Positions 8,613 through 17,315 of a stretch of DNA of 64,000 bases are shown here, piece after piece. The translations under genes were made by a program, and so were the position numbers. This stretch comes from a virus. Each line of letters begins with the position of its first letter. Within the stretch, counting starts at the first letter, position 1. Under the pieces are notes generated by a model that worked only from the letters and a program-made list of their open reading frames with translations, was not told the origin of the DNA and searched no databases. The DNA lies in the IMG/VR virus record IMGVR_UViG_3300021088_000008, positions 1 to 64,000 of that record. One strand, given 5' to 3'.

Positions 8613-10294
8613 ACATCCCCAAGATTGAGTACCAGACCGAGAGCCTCCCGGTTCTGGCGATGAACTGGAAACAGCCGGAATATGCGGCGATCTTCCGGGC
8701 GCGGCTCGAGAACCTCGAAAAGCTCCGCGAGCATCCGGAGCGATTGCCCGAGCTCAAGATCTATTACGCGGCGCACCCGGCCGACTTCATCAACGACTGG
8801 GGTGTAACGCACGACCCCCGCAACGCCGACGTCGGTCTGCCGACGCTGATCCCGTTCATTCTGTTTCCGCGGCAGCGCGAGTGGATTGACTGGGTAATCG
8901 ATCGCTGGAAGAACCGGCGACCCGGCCTGTGCGAGAAATCGCGCGACATGGGGGTGTCGTGGCTGGCGCTGTCGCTGTCCTGCACGCTGTGCCTGTTCAA
9001 CGATGGCGTGGCGATCGGGTTCGGCTCGCGCAAGACGGAATACGTCGACAAGATAGGAACCTACAAACCGCTCTTACCGAAGGGGCGCATGTTCATGGAG
9101 CATCTGCCCGAAGAGTTCCGCGGCGGGTTCGTCCCCTGGCGCGATGCGCCGTACATGCGCATCACGTTCCCAGAGACCGGCTCCATCATCGCTGGCGAAG
9201 GCGGTGATGACATCGGCCGCGGCGATCGAACCACGCTGTATTTTTTCGATGAGGAGGCCCACCACCCGCGCCAGGAGCTCGTAGCAGCTGCTCTATCGCA
9301 GACGACCAATTGCCAGATCGGGATGAGCTCGGTCCGCGGCATGAACAACCTGTTCGCGCAGAAGCGCTGGGGCGGAAAAATCGACGTCTTCATTTTCGAT
9401 TGGCGTGAGGACCCACGCAAAGATGAGGCCTGGTACGAACGCCAGTGCGAAGACTTGGACCCAGTCATCGTCGCCCAGGAGATCGACCGGGACTATTCGG
9501 CCTCGATCCATGGTGTGGTCATCCCGGGCCTGTGGGTGCGCGCGGCGATCGACGCCAAGAAAAAGCTCGGCATCGCGCCATCGGGCAAGAAGGGCGTTGC
9601 GTTCGACGTCGCCGACGAGGGGGACGACAAGAACGCGATCGCGCGCTGCGAGGGGACCGAGGTCGTCGAGACCGACGAATGGAGCGGCAAAGGCGGCGAT
9701 ATCTTCTCGTCGACGGAATACGTCTTCGATGTCTGCGATGAGAACGGATACCCCGAGTTCCGATACGATGCCGACGGCATGGGCGCCGATGTCCGCGGTG
9801 ACGCCCGGGTGATCAACGAGCGCCGCGTCAAGAACAAGGCGCGGGTGATTCGGGCGATCGGCTACCGTGGCTCGGAGAGCGTCTATGACCCTGAAGGGAT
9901 CGTCGAGGGCACCATTGGCTCAGAGGGCGACGCCGGCCGCACCAACCAAGACTATTTCGGGAATCACAAGGCGCAATCGTGGTGGTCGCTACGGAAGCGG
10001 TTCCAGCGGACTTATCGCTGGGTCGAGACCGGCGTGACGTGCGCGCCGGACGATATCATCTCGCTGAATTCCGAGAATCCGAACCTGATGAAGCTCGTCG
10101 CAGAGTTGAGCCAAGCCACGTACAAGCAAAACGAGGTCGGTAAGATCATCATTGAAAAGAAGCCGAATGGCCGGAAGAGCCCGAACCAGGCCGACGCTGT
10201 TGTGATCCATTACGCGCCGATGGAGCAGCCACCGGTCGAGATCACGATGGACATGCTGAGGCAGATCGCGCAGGCAGGCGCACGGAGAAGATAG
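8609..10294 (+). CDS. terL: terminase large subunit
   Basis: LFPRQ adenine-binding motif, EKSRDMGVSW Walker A variant, YFFDEE Walker B, FDVADEG and SPNQADA nuclease motifs; GTG start with GAGG RBS. Confidence 0.92.
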   Translation: MNIPKIEYQTESLPVLAMNWKQPEYAAIFRARLENLEKLREHPERLPELKIYYAAHPADFINDWGVTHDPRNADVGLPTLIPFILFPRQREWIDWVIDRWKNRRPGLCEKSRDMGVSWLALSLSCTLCLFNDGVAIGFGSRKTEYVDKIGTYKPLLPKGRMFMEHLPEEFRGGFVPWRDAPYMRITFPETGSIIAGEGGDDIGRGDRTTLYFFDEEAHHPRQELVAAALSQTTNCQIGMSSVRGMNNLFAQKRWGGKIDVFIFDWREDPRKDEAWYERQCEDLDPVIVAQEIDRDYSASIHGVVIPGLWVRAAIDAKKKLGIAPSGKKGVAFDVADEGDDKNAIARCEGTEVVETDEWSGKGGDIFSSTEYVFDVCDENGYPEFRYDADGMGADVRGDARVINERRVKNKARVIRAIGYRGSESVYDPEGIVEGTIGSEGDAGRTNQDYFGNHKAQSWWSLRKRFQRTYRWVETGVTCAPDDIISLNSENPNLMKLVAELSQATYKQNEVGKIIIEKKPNGRKSPNQADAVVIHYAPMEQPPVEITMDMLRQIAQAGARRR

Positions 10295-10358
10295 ACATCG
10301 AGGATAAATTTCCCCATAATTGTTCGGATCGTCCCTCTATAAAGAATGGTGACCCCAC

Positions 10359-10658
10359 ATGTCGATTGCTGAAAAAACCTCGGATGCCTGCATGGAACGA
10401 GAGTTGAACCTCTTGGAAGACGGAAAGCTTCCGCCCGACATCTGGATTTCTGATGAAAAATGGTTTCCTTATGCTGTGCCTGGGGCTGTGCATCACATCG
10501 AAGTCGCCAACGCTCGACATTGCACGATAAATATGATCACGCCAAGTAGGTCTGATCCATTGAAGAAATACTCTCAATTCTATCTCTCGATGGTTCAGAT
10601 GGCGAAGAACTTGAAAGACGTCGGACGGCTGAAGTTTCACGGAAGTGCCGAAGGTTGA
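10359..10658 (+). CDS. hypothetical low-GC accessory protein
   Basis: 99-aa ORF in an AT-richer segment after terL. Confidence 0.5.
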   Translation: MSIAEKTSDACMERELNLLEDGKLPPDIWISDEKWFPYAVPGAVHHIEVANARHCTINMITPSRSDPLKKYSQFYLSMVQMAKNLKDVGRLKFHGSAEG

Positions 10659-10747
10659 TCACCGATTCGGAATGGCTGGCGATGCTCGATATCTATCGCG
10701 CCGACGAGAAGCCGGCGCGGAAATCTGGGAATAGGCCGCGCGCGGCG

Positions 10748-10776
10748 CTGGACACGGGGGACAAATCTCCCTATAT
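10748..10776 (+). promoter_or_regulatory. rhizobial-type sigma70 promoter
   Basis: CTGGAC-N17-CTATAT, one mismatch from CTTGAC-N17-CTATAT. Confidence 0.6.
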
Positions 10777-10782
10777 CGTTTG

Positions 10783-10997
10783 ACGGCCCAGACGGTAGCC
10801 GACGCACCAAGGCCATTTAGCGGGTAAGTTCGGTGGGACTATCGAGTGCAGCCCCGGCCAGACGAAGGCGACACCGCATTCGATCTCACGCGGTAGAAGA
10901 CCGCGGACCTCCATGCTGGCGGTGGGCCCTCCAAGTCGCCGCTGGCATGGATCAACGAAGGCGGCCGAGAAAGCGCCCCCAGCTCGGCCGCCTTTTT
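10783..10997 (+). ncRNA. putative structured small RNA (~215 nt)
   Basis: Lies between promoter and terminator; stems ATCGAGTGC/GCATTCGAT, CGCGGT/ACCGCG, TCCATGC/GCATGGA; no convincing ORF. Confidence 0.5.
10957..10997 (+). terminator. rho-independent terminator
   Basis: GGCGGCCGAG-loop-CTCGGCCGCC followed by TTTTT. Confidence 0.75.
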
Positions 10998-11365
10998 GTT
11001 CCATGTTTCCTCCGTCTAGGAGCTTACGCGCGGAAGGCAAAAGACGGTGCGACACCTGCATAGTGGTGTGGCTTAGGGAAGGACTGGCGGCCTTCGGGTG
11101 CGGCCCAGCGGTGGAGAGAACCGGTCCCTGCTATTCATTTCGGAGCTTGTTCGTCATGAAACGGACCCGGAAGTACGTGATCAGACAGAAGCCTAGGCGG
11201 CATGTGTCGGTTTCGGTTGCTGCGGCGAAGAAGGGCTGGCGCACTCGGCGTAAGCTCGCGCGGGCGGCGCCGCCTATTCTGCTCCGCCTGCTGGACGAGG
11301 TTCAAGCCGAAAGACGACGGGGACGCGGCCTGACCCGCCGGCTTGAATCCATCCGACTTTGCAGA

Positions 11366-11407
11366 TAGAAAAAGAAAGCCCGGCTCGAGTTTGCGACTCG
11401 GCCGGGC
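11366..11407 (-). terminator. rho-independent terminator, minus strand
   Basis: GCCCGGC..CGAG/CTCG..GCCGGGC hairpin followed by TTTCTTTTTCT on the minus strand. Confidence 0.55.
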
Positions 11408-11493
11408 AAATCCGCAGGCATCCTTGGCAGGGTTTGCGGAAGTTGGTCAGATCTTTGAATAGACGCAAGCATGCTCTTTTTCAAGATCAAAAT

Positions 11494-12029
11494 GTTCAAA
11501 AATGTTCAAAAAGTTCAAAGATGCCTGCCAGCCCGGCTATCGCCGATTGAGCCTCGGATCATCCTTCATCGCAAAGCGAGCCTCGCCGTAGAACGGAGCG
11601 AGGGAGTAACGGCGAGCGGGAACTTCACCTTCCGACCGCGATCGATTGCCGCCAAGGGGATCGATCGGAAACTGAGGCAAGTACGGCATTTTTGTTTCCT
11701 GTTTGCGGGAGAGTGATTCGCAAGCCCGGGCGGCTGGCCCCCGATATCACGGGCACCTCAGCTCTACTCGCTGCCACCCTCGGGGTGGAATGCTTGGTAC
11801 CTCAACCGCATGGCATAGATGCCGGGTCTTGCGGAAGGACGGCTATGCCTTTAACAGTTCAAAGAATGTTCAAATGTTCAAAGCCGGGGTGATTCGATGG
11901 CGCGCGGCGGATTTCGGAAAAACAGCGGACCGAAGCTTGATGCAGATGGAAAGGCATTGAAGCCGTACAAGCGTCGCGATGGGGAAAGTTCAGAGAGTTC
12001 AAACGGGGAAAGTTCAAACGTTGTTCAAA
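11494..12029. repeat. three clusters of GTTCAAA heptamers
   Basis: Perfect copies at 11494, 11504, 11513, 11857, 11868, 11876, 11997, 12012, 12023; variant GTTCAGA at 11988. Confidence 0.8.
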
Positions 12030-15000
12030 TGCGTGCGGCCAAGGCTGTGCCGGCCGAGCCAAAGGCCGAAGATGACCCTGCGATCAATCCCCGCGCCTGG
12101 GCGATGATGCTCCCTGAGATCGAGGAGATCAGCCGGCGGTATTCGGCGAAGAAAGAGCGGACGTCGGCCGACAACCCGTTCCAACTGCCAGCGTTCCCCA
12201 AGGCCGCGGTTCCATCCGATCCCAAGCTGCTGATGGCGCAGGACAGCGCCCTAACGGCAAATCTGGGGTTCGCCTCGAATCAGTGGCTCGCCGGCGGCGA
12301 TGGCGGGTTCGCCGGCGAAGGGTTCATGTTCTTGGGCTACACCTACCTGTCGGAGCTCGCGCTGCGCCCCGAGTACCGCGTCATGGCCGAGACGATCGCG
12401 GATGATGCGACCCGGAAATGGATTGATTTCGACGTCGTTGGCGATGAGAAGACGCAGCAGGAGGACCGCGAGAAGGACCCGGCCGGCTACGACGAGCGCA
12501 TGGCCGATCCAGACGAGCGCAAGAAGCGCGTCAACGGCGCCGGCAAGACGGACAAGGTCAAGGCGCTGCAGGACGACCAGCTGCGCCTGGCGGTCCGCGA
12601 CCGCTATTACGAGCAGGCGCGCAACGGCGGATTCTTCGGCCGCAGCCATCTCTTCCACGACATCCGAACCAACGATTCGGACGACATCAACGTCGAGGAG
12701 CTCAAGAACCCGATCGGGAATGGCCGCGACGCGCTCAGCAAGACCAAGGTTCCGATAGGATCGTTCAAGGCGCTGAAGACGATCGAGCCCATGTGGGCCT
12801 ACCCGCTGATGTACAACGCCGCATATCCGTGGCGCCAGGACTGGTACAATCCGCAAGTCTGGTACGTGAACGGCCAGGAGTTTCACGGCTCGCGGTTGCT
12901 GACATTCATTCCGCATCCGGTGCCGGACATGCTCAAGCCGGCCTACGCGTTCGGCGGGCTCAGCCTAACCCAGATGGCGAAGCCGTATGTCGACCGCTGG
13001 GTCACCACCGTCTCGAGCGTGAACGCGCTGATCCACTCGTTCTCGGTCATGGTTCTCGCGACCGATCTGTCGACGCTGATGCAGCCAGGCAACATGGCCG
13101 CACTGATGGCGCGCCTCGCGATGTTTAATATGTTGCGCGATAATCAGGGCGTTTTTGCCATCAACAACAAGACTGAGGACTTCAAGAACGTCTCGGCCTC
13201 GCTGGCCGGCTTGCACGAGCTCCAAGCGCAAAGTCAGGAGCATATGTGTGTTCAGGCCGGAACCCTAATCGAGACGGACCGCGGTCCAGTCCCGATTGAG
13301 GGCATGACCACAAATGATCAGGTGTTGACCCGTAATGGCTTTGCTTCTATCAACTGGATAGGAGTTACCGGGCACGTCGACACTTTGATCAGAATCGAGG
13401 CTGGCGACTCCATTATCTCGGTCACGAAAGAGCACCCGATATGGTCGGAGACAGCCGACGATTTTGTCGCTGCGAAGAATGTGAATCCTTCCCACCGCCT
13501 CTTCGTGCTCGAAACCGTAAGCCCGGGAAATATGGGTCGTCCATCGCTTGGCGAGGTCGATGGTGGTGGCATACGAAAGAGGGCTATTACCGCGGTCCTA
13601 TCCCGGACGGCTATGAAATCCATCATGGCGATGAGGATGGCACCAACAACGAATGGGGCAATCTTGAGTTGCTCACCTATTCAGAACATCAGGCTCGCCA
13701 CATTCGGATTGGATTCAACGTCTACGATCGAACATACGCGAAAAAATGCGTGGTTTGCGGCGATGGTTTCACGAGCGTTTTCGTGGGTGAGAGATCTCGG
13801 TATTGCTCTCAATCCTGCAAATCAAAAGCCCTCAAAATTCGACGTGGCTGGAAACCTAGGCGGGATCCGAAGCGGTGCGAATGTTGCGGAGATATGTTCA
13901 CGCCAATACGTAAAAGCACCACTAGATTTTGTTCTGACAGATGCTATCAGCGCGACGGATACCGGAAACGCCGTGGCTCACTCGACAAGAGATGCCTCCA
14001 TTGCGGCGGGAAATTCACCCCAAAGCGAATCGATTGCAGATGCTGTTCTCCTGCGTGCAACCGCTCGCTCATTAACCAAAATCGGCGCGTTCAACGTGCC
14101 GCGACAGCCCGTCTATAACATCTCAGTTGCGAACGGATTTTTGCCAGAATTCTTCGCCAACGGAATCCTTGTTCATAATTGCTCCGTCAATCGGATCCCG
14201 CTCGTCAAGTTCACTGGAATCCAGCCTGCTGGGCTGAATGCATCGTCGGAAGGCGAGCTTGAGTGTTATGACACTACCATTGAGGGCTATCAGGCGCGCG
14301 TCCTCGACGGCAACCTGAGAACCACCATTAACCTCGAGCAACTCTCGTTGTGGGGCGAAATAGATCCGGAAATTACGCACCGATGGGAAAAGTTGCGACC
14401 GATTACGGAAGCCGAGCGCGGCCAGAAGCAAAAGGACGACGCGGACACCCGTGAGAAGTACGTCGACATGGGTTCGTTCTCGCCGCAGGAGATCCGCAAG
14501 ATCGCGATCGAGGATCCGGAGTTGCCGTTTGGGGGGTTGGATCCGGATGACGTTCCGAAGCCGCCGGCGGAGGAGGGCCTGCTCGGGCCTGGCGCGGGCG
14601 CCGCGGCGACCGAGTTCGAGAAAGAGGCCAGCGGCCAGGGCGGCGACAAGCCCGACAAGGGAGGCGGGGCTAGCGATGCCGTCCTCCCTTTCCTCGCGGG
14701 CGACGCTGAGTTCGTGGAATCGGACCACCCGCGCGCGCCAGACGGCAAGTTCGGAAGTGGCGGGGGAGCATCAGCGCCGGCCGAGCATCCCCATGGGAGC
14801 ACGCCGAAATTCCACGCAATGGTCACCAAGCACAAGATTCCAGAGGCGGCCAGTGAAGTCGCTAAGTCGGCGCGCGCGCTCAAACAGAAGCAAAGCACCG
14901 TTGCCAAATACGCGAAGTACATCACTTCCCTCAACGAGAAGGTGGACGAGATTACGAATTCATCCTCTTCGCCGGATCAGCTCATCTCGTTGCGCGACTT

Positions 15001-15772
15001 GGCTGAGGCTCCGACACCCGACGAAATTAACGATTTCGCGCGCGGTCTGGTCCGTGAGGGCAAGGTCAAGGACGTCCTTGGATTCGAGGACGATAAGGAT
15101 GGATTCAAGGACTTGATGGAGGAGCTCAGCCCGCAGGAGAAGCAAGACCTGATGATGCTCAAGGGGCGGCTGGAGGCGCTTTACCCGAAGGCATTCGAAG
15201 CGGCAAAGGAGACCCGTAAGATCGCGCTCGAGACCGAGAAGGCGATGAAGGTCATGCGGAAGCGGATCGACAAGTCGCCATCGTATGACGATTTCGATGA
15301 CCCCGACGATATCGAGCATCTCTATGCTGACCAGATGGCTACGCTCTTTGATCAGGACCCGGAAGACCTCGATGATCTGATCGGCGTCACGAGCTATCTC
15401 GCTGATGAGCCAATATCGGCCGAATATGCCGAAATCCTCCACGGTCAGAAGGAGGACATCGACGAATCGGCCGCCGAGCGGCGACGGTTCGACGCGCTCT
15501 CAGAAGAGGAGCAGGCGGAGGAATTGGCGGAAAAGGCCGAGAAAGAGCGACTAGATAAGGCGATGGAGGACAAGCACCGAGAGTTGACCATCGAAATCGC
15601 CATGCGAGACGGCTGGAAACCGGAATTCAATGACATCGGCAGCGTGACGAATCGGCCTGAGAGCGTGAAACAGGTCGCGTCATCGCCGACCAGCATCGGG
15701 AAGATGTACCGATTCCTGAAGGCATCCGGCGTTGAGATCCCAGAGGCCGGGAAGCGATTCCTGGATTGGTGA
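11897..15772 (+). CDS. portal protein (DUF1073-type) with intein and long C-terminal extension
   Basis: FLGYTYLSELALRPEYR, ATRKWI, VPDMLKPAYAFGGLSL, IPLVKFTGIQPAGLNASSEGE portal motifs; position after terL. Confidence 0.9.
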   Translation: MARGGFRKNSGPKLDADGKALKPYKRRDGESSESSNGESSNVVQMRAAKAVPAEPKAEDDPAINPRAWAMMLPEIEEISRRYSAKKERTSADNPFQLPAFPKAAVPSDPKLLMAQDSALTANLGFASNQWLAGGDGGFAGEGFMFLGYTYLSELALRPEYRVMAETIADDATRKWIDFDVVGDEKTQQEDREKDPAGYDERMADPDERKKRVNGAGKTDKVKALQDDQLRLAVRDRYYEQARNGGFFGRSHLFHDIRTNDSDDINVEELKNPIGNGRDALSKTKVPIGSFKALKTIEPMWAYPLMYNAAYPWRQDWYNPQVWYVNGQEFHGSRLLTFIPHPVPDMLKPAYAFGGLSLTQMAKPYVDRWVTTVSSVNALIHSFSVMVLATDLSTLMQPGNMAALMARLAMFNMLRDNQGVFAINNKTEDFKNVSASLAGLHELQAQSQEHMCVQAGTLIETDRGPVPIEGMTTNDQVLTRNGFASINWIGVTGHVDTLIRIEAGDSIISVTKEHPIWSETADDFVAAKNVNPSHRLFVLETVSPGNMGRPSLGEVDGGGIRKRAITAVLSRTAMKSIMAMRMAPTTNGAILSCSPIQNIRLATFGLDSTSTIEHTRKNAWFAAMVSRAFSWVRDLGIALNPANQKPSKFDVAGNLGGIRSGANVAEICSRQYVKAPLDFVLTDAISATDTGNAVAHSTRDASIAAGNSPQSESIADAVLLRATARSLTKIGAFNVPRQPVYNISVANGFLPEFFANGILVHNCSVNRIPLVKFTGIQPAGLNASSEGELECYDTTIEGYQARVLDGNLRTTINLEQLSLWGEIDPEITHRWEKLRPITEAERGQKQKDDADTREKYVDMGSFSPQEIRKIAIEDPELPFGGLDPDDVPKPPAEEGLLGPGAGAAATEFEKEASGQGGDKPDKGGGASDAVLPFLAGDAEFVESDHPRAPDGKFGSGGGASAPAEHPHGSTPKFHAMVTKHKIPEAASEVAKSARALKQKQSTVAKYAKYITSLNEKVDEITNSSSSPDQLISLRDLAEAPTPDEINDFARGLVREGKVKDVLGFEDDKDGFKDLMEELSPQEKQDLMMLKGRLEALYPKAFEAAKETRKIALETEKAMKVMRKRIDKSPSYDDFDDPDDIEHLYADQMATLFDQDPEDLDDLIGVTSYLADEPISAEYAEILHGQKEDIDESAAERRRFDALSEEEQAEELAEKAEKERLDKAMEDKHRELTIEIAMRDGWKPEFNDIGSVTNRPESVKQVASSPTSIGKMYRFLKASGVEIPEAGKRFLDW
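13247..14179 (+). mobile_element. class 1 intein (311 aa) in portal
   Basis: Block A CVQAGTLIETDRG, block B TKEHPIW, block F PVYNISV, block G FFANGILVHN/C; removal restores QSQEHM-CSVNRIPLVK. Confidence 0.92.
13441..14118 (+). CDS. HNH homing endonuclease with Zn-ribbon repeats, overprinted in the -1 frame inside the intein
   Basis: GPIPDGYEIHHGDEDGTNNEWGNLELLTYSEHQARH HNH core plus three CxxCGxxF...CSxxC repeats; true start uncertain. Confidence 0.85.
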   Translation: MVGDSRRFCRCEECESFPPPLRARNRKPGKYGSSIAWRGRWWWHTKEGYYRGPIPDGYEIHHGDEDGTNNEWGNLELLTYSEHQARHIRIGFNVYDRTYAKKCVVCGDGFTSVFVGERSRYCSQSCKSKALKIRRGWKPRRDPKRCECCGDMFTPIRKSTTRFCSDRCYQRDGYRKRRGSLDKRCLHCGGKFTPKRIDCRCCSPACNRSLINQNRRVQRAATARL

Positions 15773-15775
15773 GGA

Positions 15776-16417
15776 TCAGCGAGGCTTGATTGAGGTCATT
15801 GCAGCGCGGCCGATATACTCGGCATAAGCCGGTGGGATCGCCTGGGTGATCTCGCGCCAGTTCATCCAATCGATGCCCATGGCATCGCGAGCTTCGCCGA
15901 TCGATCGTGCCCTCGGGATTCTGTAACCGTCCCCGAAGTGACCTTGCGGATGCTCGCCATATACTCCCACGAGCCGCTTGCCGCGGCACGAGCATTTCTT
16001 CCATATGCAGCAACCGAAGCTAGTTTCGAAGAGCCGATGGCGGCGAACGCCAAGGCCGAAGTGGGTACCGCATAGCGTCATCGCGTTGCGCAGAGGCGCC
16101 CCGATCACGTTCTCGATCACGGTCATCGGGCATGCGGCCAGCAATTTCCGCACATCGGCAATCAGCGAAACATGGGAATTATCGTTCCACGAAGCGTTGA
16201 ATCCGACATGCGCCTGACATGGAGGGCTCGCCCATACCAAATCGAAACGCTGTAAATCGAATGGCAGCCGAAGCGCGTCGGCCTGCACGAATCGGAACGG
16301 ATAAGCAGGCTGCGGTTTACTGTCGACGCCGATCAAGTCGAATCCGGCCCGATGCAATCCCATGGATGCACCACCGGCGCCGCAGAACAGATCAAGAGCA
16401 ATAGGCCTGTGGTTCAC
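15776..16417 (-). CDS. DNA cytosine-C5 methyltransferase (short form)
   Basis: LDLFCGAGG motif I, ASPPCQ motif IV, IENV motif VI, RHRLFE. Confidence 0.9.
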   Translation of the reverse strand: MNHRPIALDLFCGAGGASMGLHRAGFDLIGVDSKPQPAYPFRFVQADALRLPFDLQRFDLVWASPPCQAHVGFNASWNDNSHVSLIADVRKLLAACPMTVIENVIGAPLRNAMTLCGTHFGLGVRRHRLFETSFGCCIWKKCSCRGKRLVGVYGEHPQGHFGDGYRIPRARSIGEARDAMGIDWMNWREITQAIPPAYAEYIGRAAMTSIKPR

Positions 16418-16608
16418 AGCAGGTCCTCTTTCCTGAGCTTCCCGGCGATCAGCAGCTCAATCACCTTCGCAACGAGCTTCGGGACTGGACCATCGCCGGC
16501 TGCGATTCGCTGCGCCTGCCGGCGGCCGATCCCGAAATACAGGGCGGCGCCGACGATCGTGATGCCGAGGCTTTTCAGGGCGGCGCGGTATTTGGCGGGG
16601 GTCATCAA
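16414..16608 (-). CDS. small HTH DNA-binding protein
   Basis: MTPAKYRAALKSLG...GIGRRQAQR...PVPKLVA. Confidence 0.7.
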   Translation of the reverse strand: MMTPAKYRAALKSLGITIVGAALYFGIGRRQAQRIAAGDGPVPKLVAKVIELLIAGKLRKEDLL

Positions 16609-16913
16609 CTCAGGATCTCGGTGAGGACCGAGGCCAGCGGGACGGGCGGCAAGCGATTGTCATACAGAAGCTTGCTGGTATCCAAGAAGCCCGTGAATGC
16701 GTCGAACTTGTTGCTGAGTGGCTGATCCCAGACGCGGCCGTTATAGGAGATGTGCCCGATGGTCTCGGTGGTGCCAGCGATATAGACGTTGACTGGGCGG
16801 AAGGTGGAGCATCCCTCGCCGCTCTCGTCTCGGATCTCGCAGTAGCATTCCGATAGCCACTTCAGATCGCCTTGGTGCATTTCACCGCGGATATTGGCGT
16901 AGAATTTGGTCAT
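16605..16913 (-). CDS. hypothetical protein
   Basis: AAGGA RBS; GHISYNGRVWD motif. Confidence 0.6.
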   Translation of the reverse strand: MTKFYANIRGEMHQGDLKWLSECYCEIRDESGEGCSTFRPVNVYIAGTTETIGHISYNGRVWDQPLSNKFDAFTGFLDTSKLLYDNRLPPVPLASVLTEILS

Positions 16914-16995
16914 GGTGTGATCCTTCAGTTCGCTGTTACCAGCATGAAGATGGCGTAGAGCATTGCGACGGTGACGGAGGCGGCGAGGAGGTCCA

Positions 16996-17178
16996 TCACT
17001 TGGCCTCTTCGAGATTTATTGCCGCTCGCAGTTCCTGTTGGAACTTGTACAGTTCAAAAAGGGCATGGCCTTCTCGGCTTTCATAGCCGTAATTGCCAGG
17101 AGCGCCGAACGCTGCATGGATCTGCAGGATTTGCAAATCCGCCTTTCTGGCTGCTTCAAGTAGGGTCATCGGTGCCAT
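16996..17178 (-). CDS. hypothetical protein
   Basis: GGGAG RBS; AFGAPGNYGYESREG. Confidence 0.55.
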   Translation of the reverse strand: MAPMTLLEAARKADLQILQIHAAFGAPGNYGYESREGHALFELYKFQQELRAAINLEEAK

Positions 17179-17203
17179 AATGCGCTCCCGTTTCGATGAC
17201 CAA

Positions 17204-17231
17204 ACCATACGCCCTCCCGAGAATACGTCAA
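17204..17231 (-). promoter_or_regulatory. promoter of the leftward methylase cassette
   Basis: TTGACG-N16-TATGGT on the minus strand in a divergent gap. Confidence 0.5.
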
Positions 17232-17315
17232 TAGGTCGCATCAATAAATCGTAGATATTTATCCCCGATTGTGCAATATGGGCGGAACGGCGATAATGAC
17301 CGAATGGAGGTTCCA

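Noticed and set aside
11047-11140. tRNA-like segment (GGTGGAGAGAACCGG, terminal ATAG/CTAT pairing)
   Set aside because: No canonical TTC-containing T-loop, D-arm or 7-bp acceptor stem; at most part of the surrounding structured region.
10913-11368. 151-aa basic ORF in the terL-portal gap
   Set aside because: It crosses a terminator and hairpins; only the part from ATG 11156 might be coding, and it has no supporting motif.
11494-12029. GTTCAAA repeats as a CRISPR array
   Set aside because: Repeats are 7 nt with gaps of only a few bases; no spacers and no cas genes.
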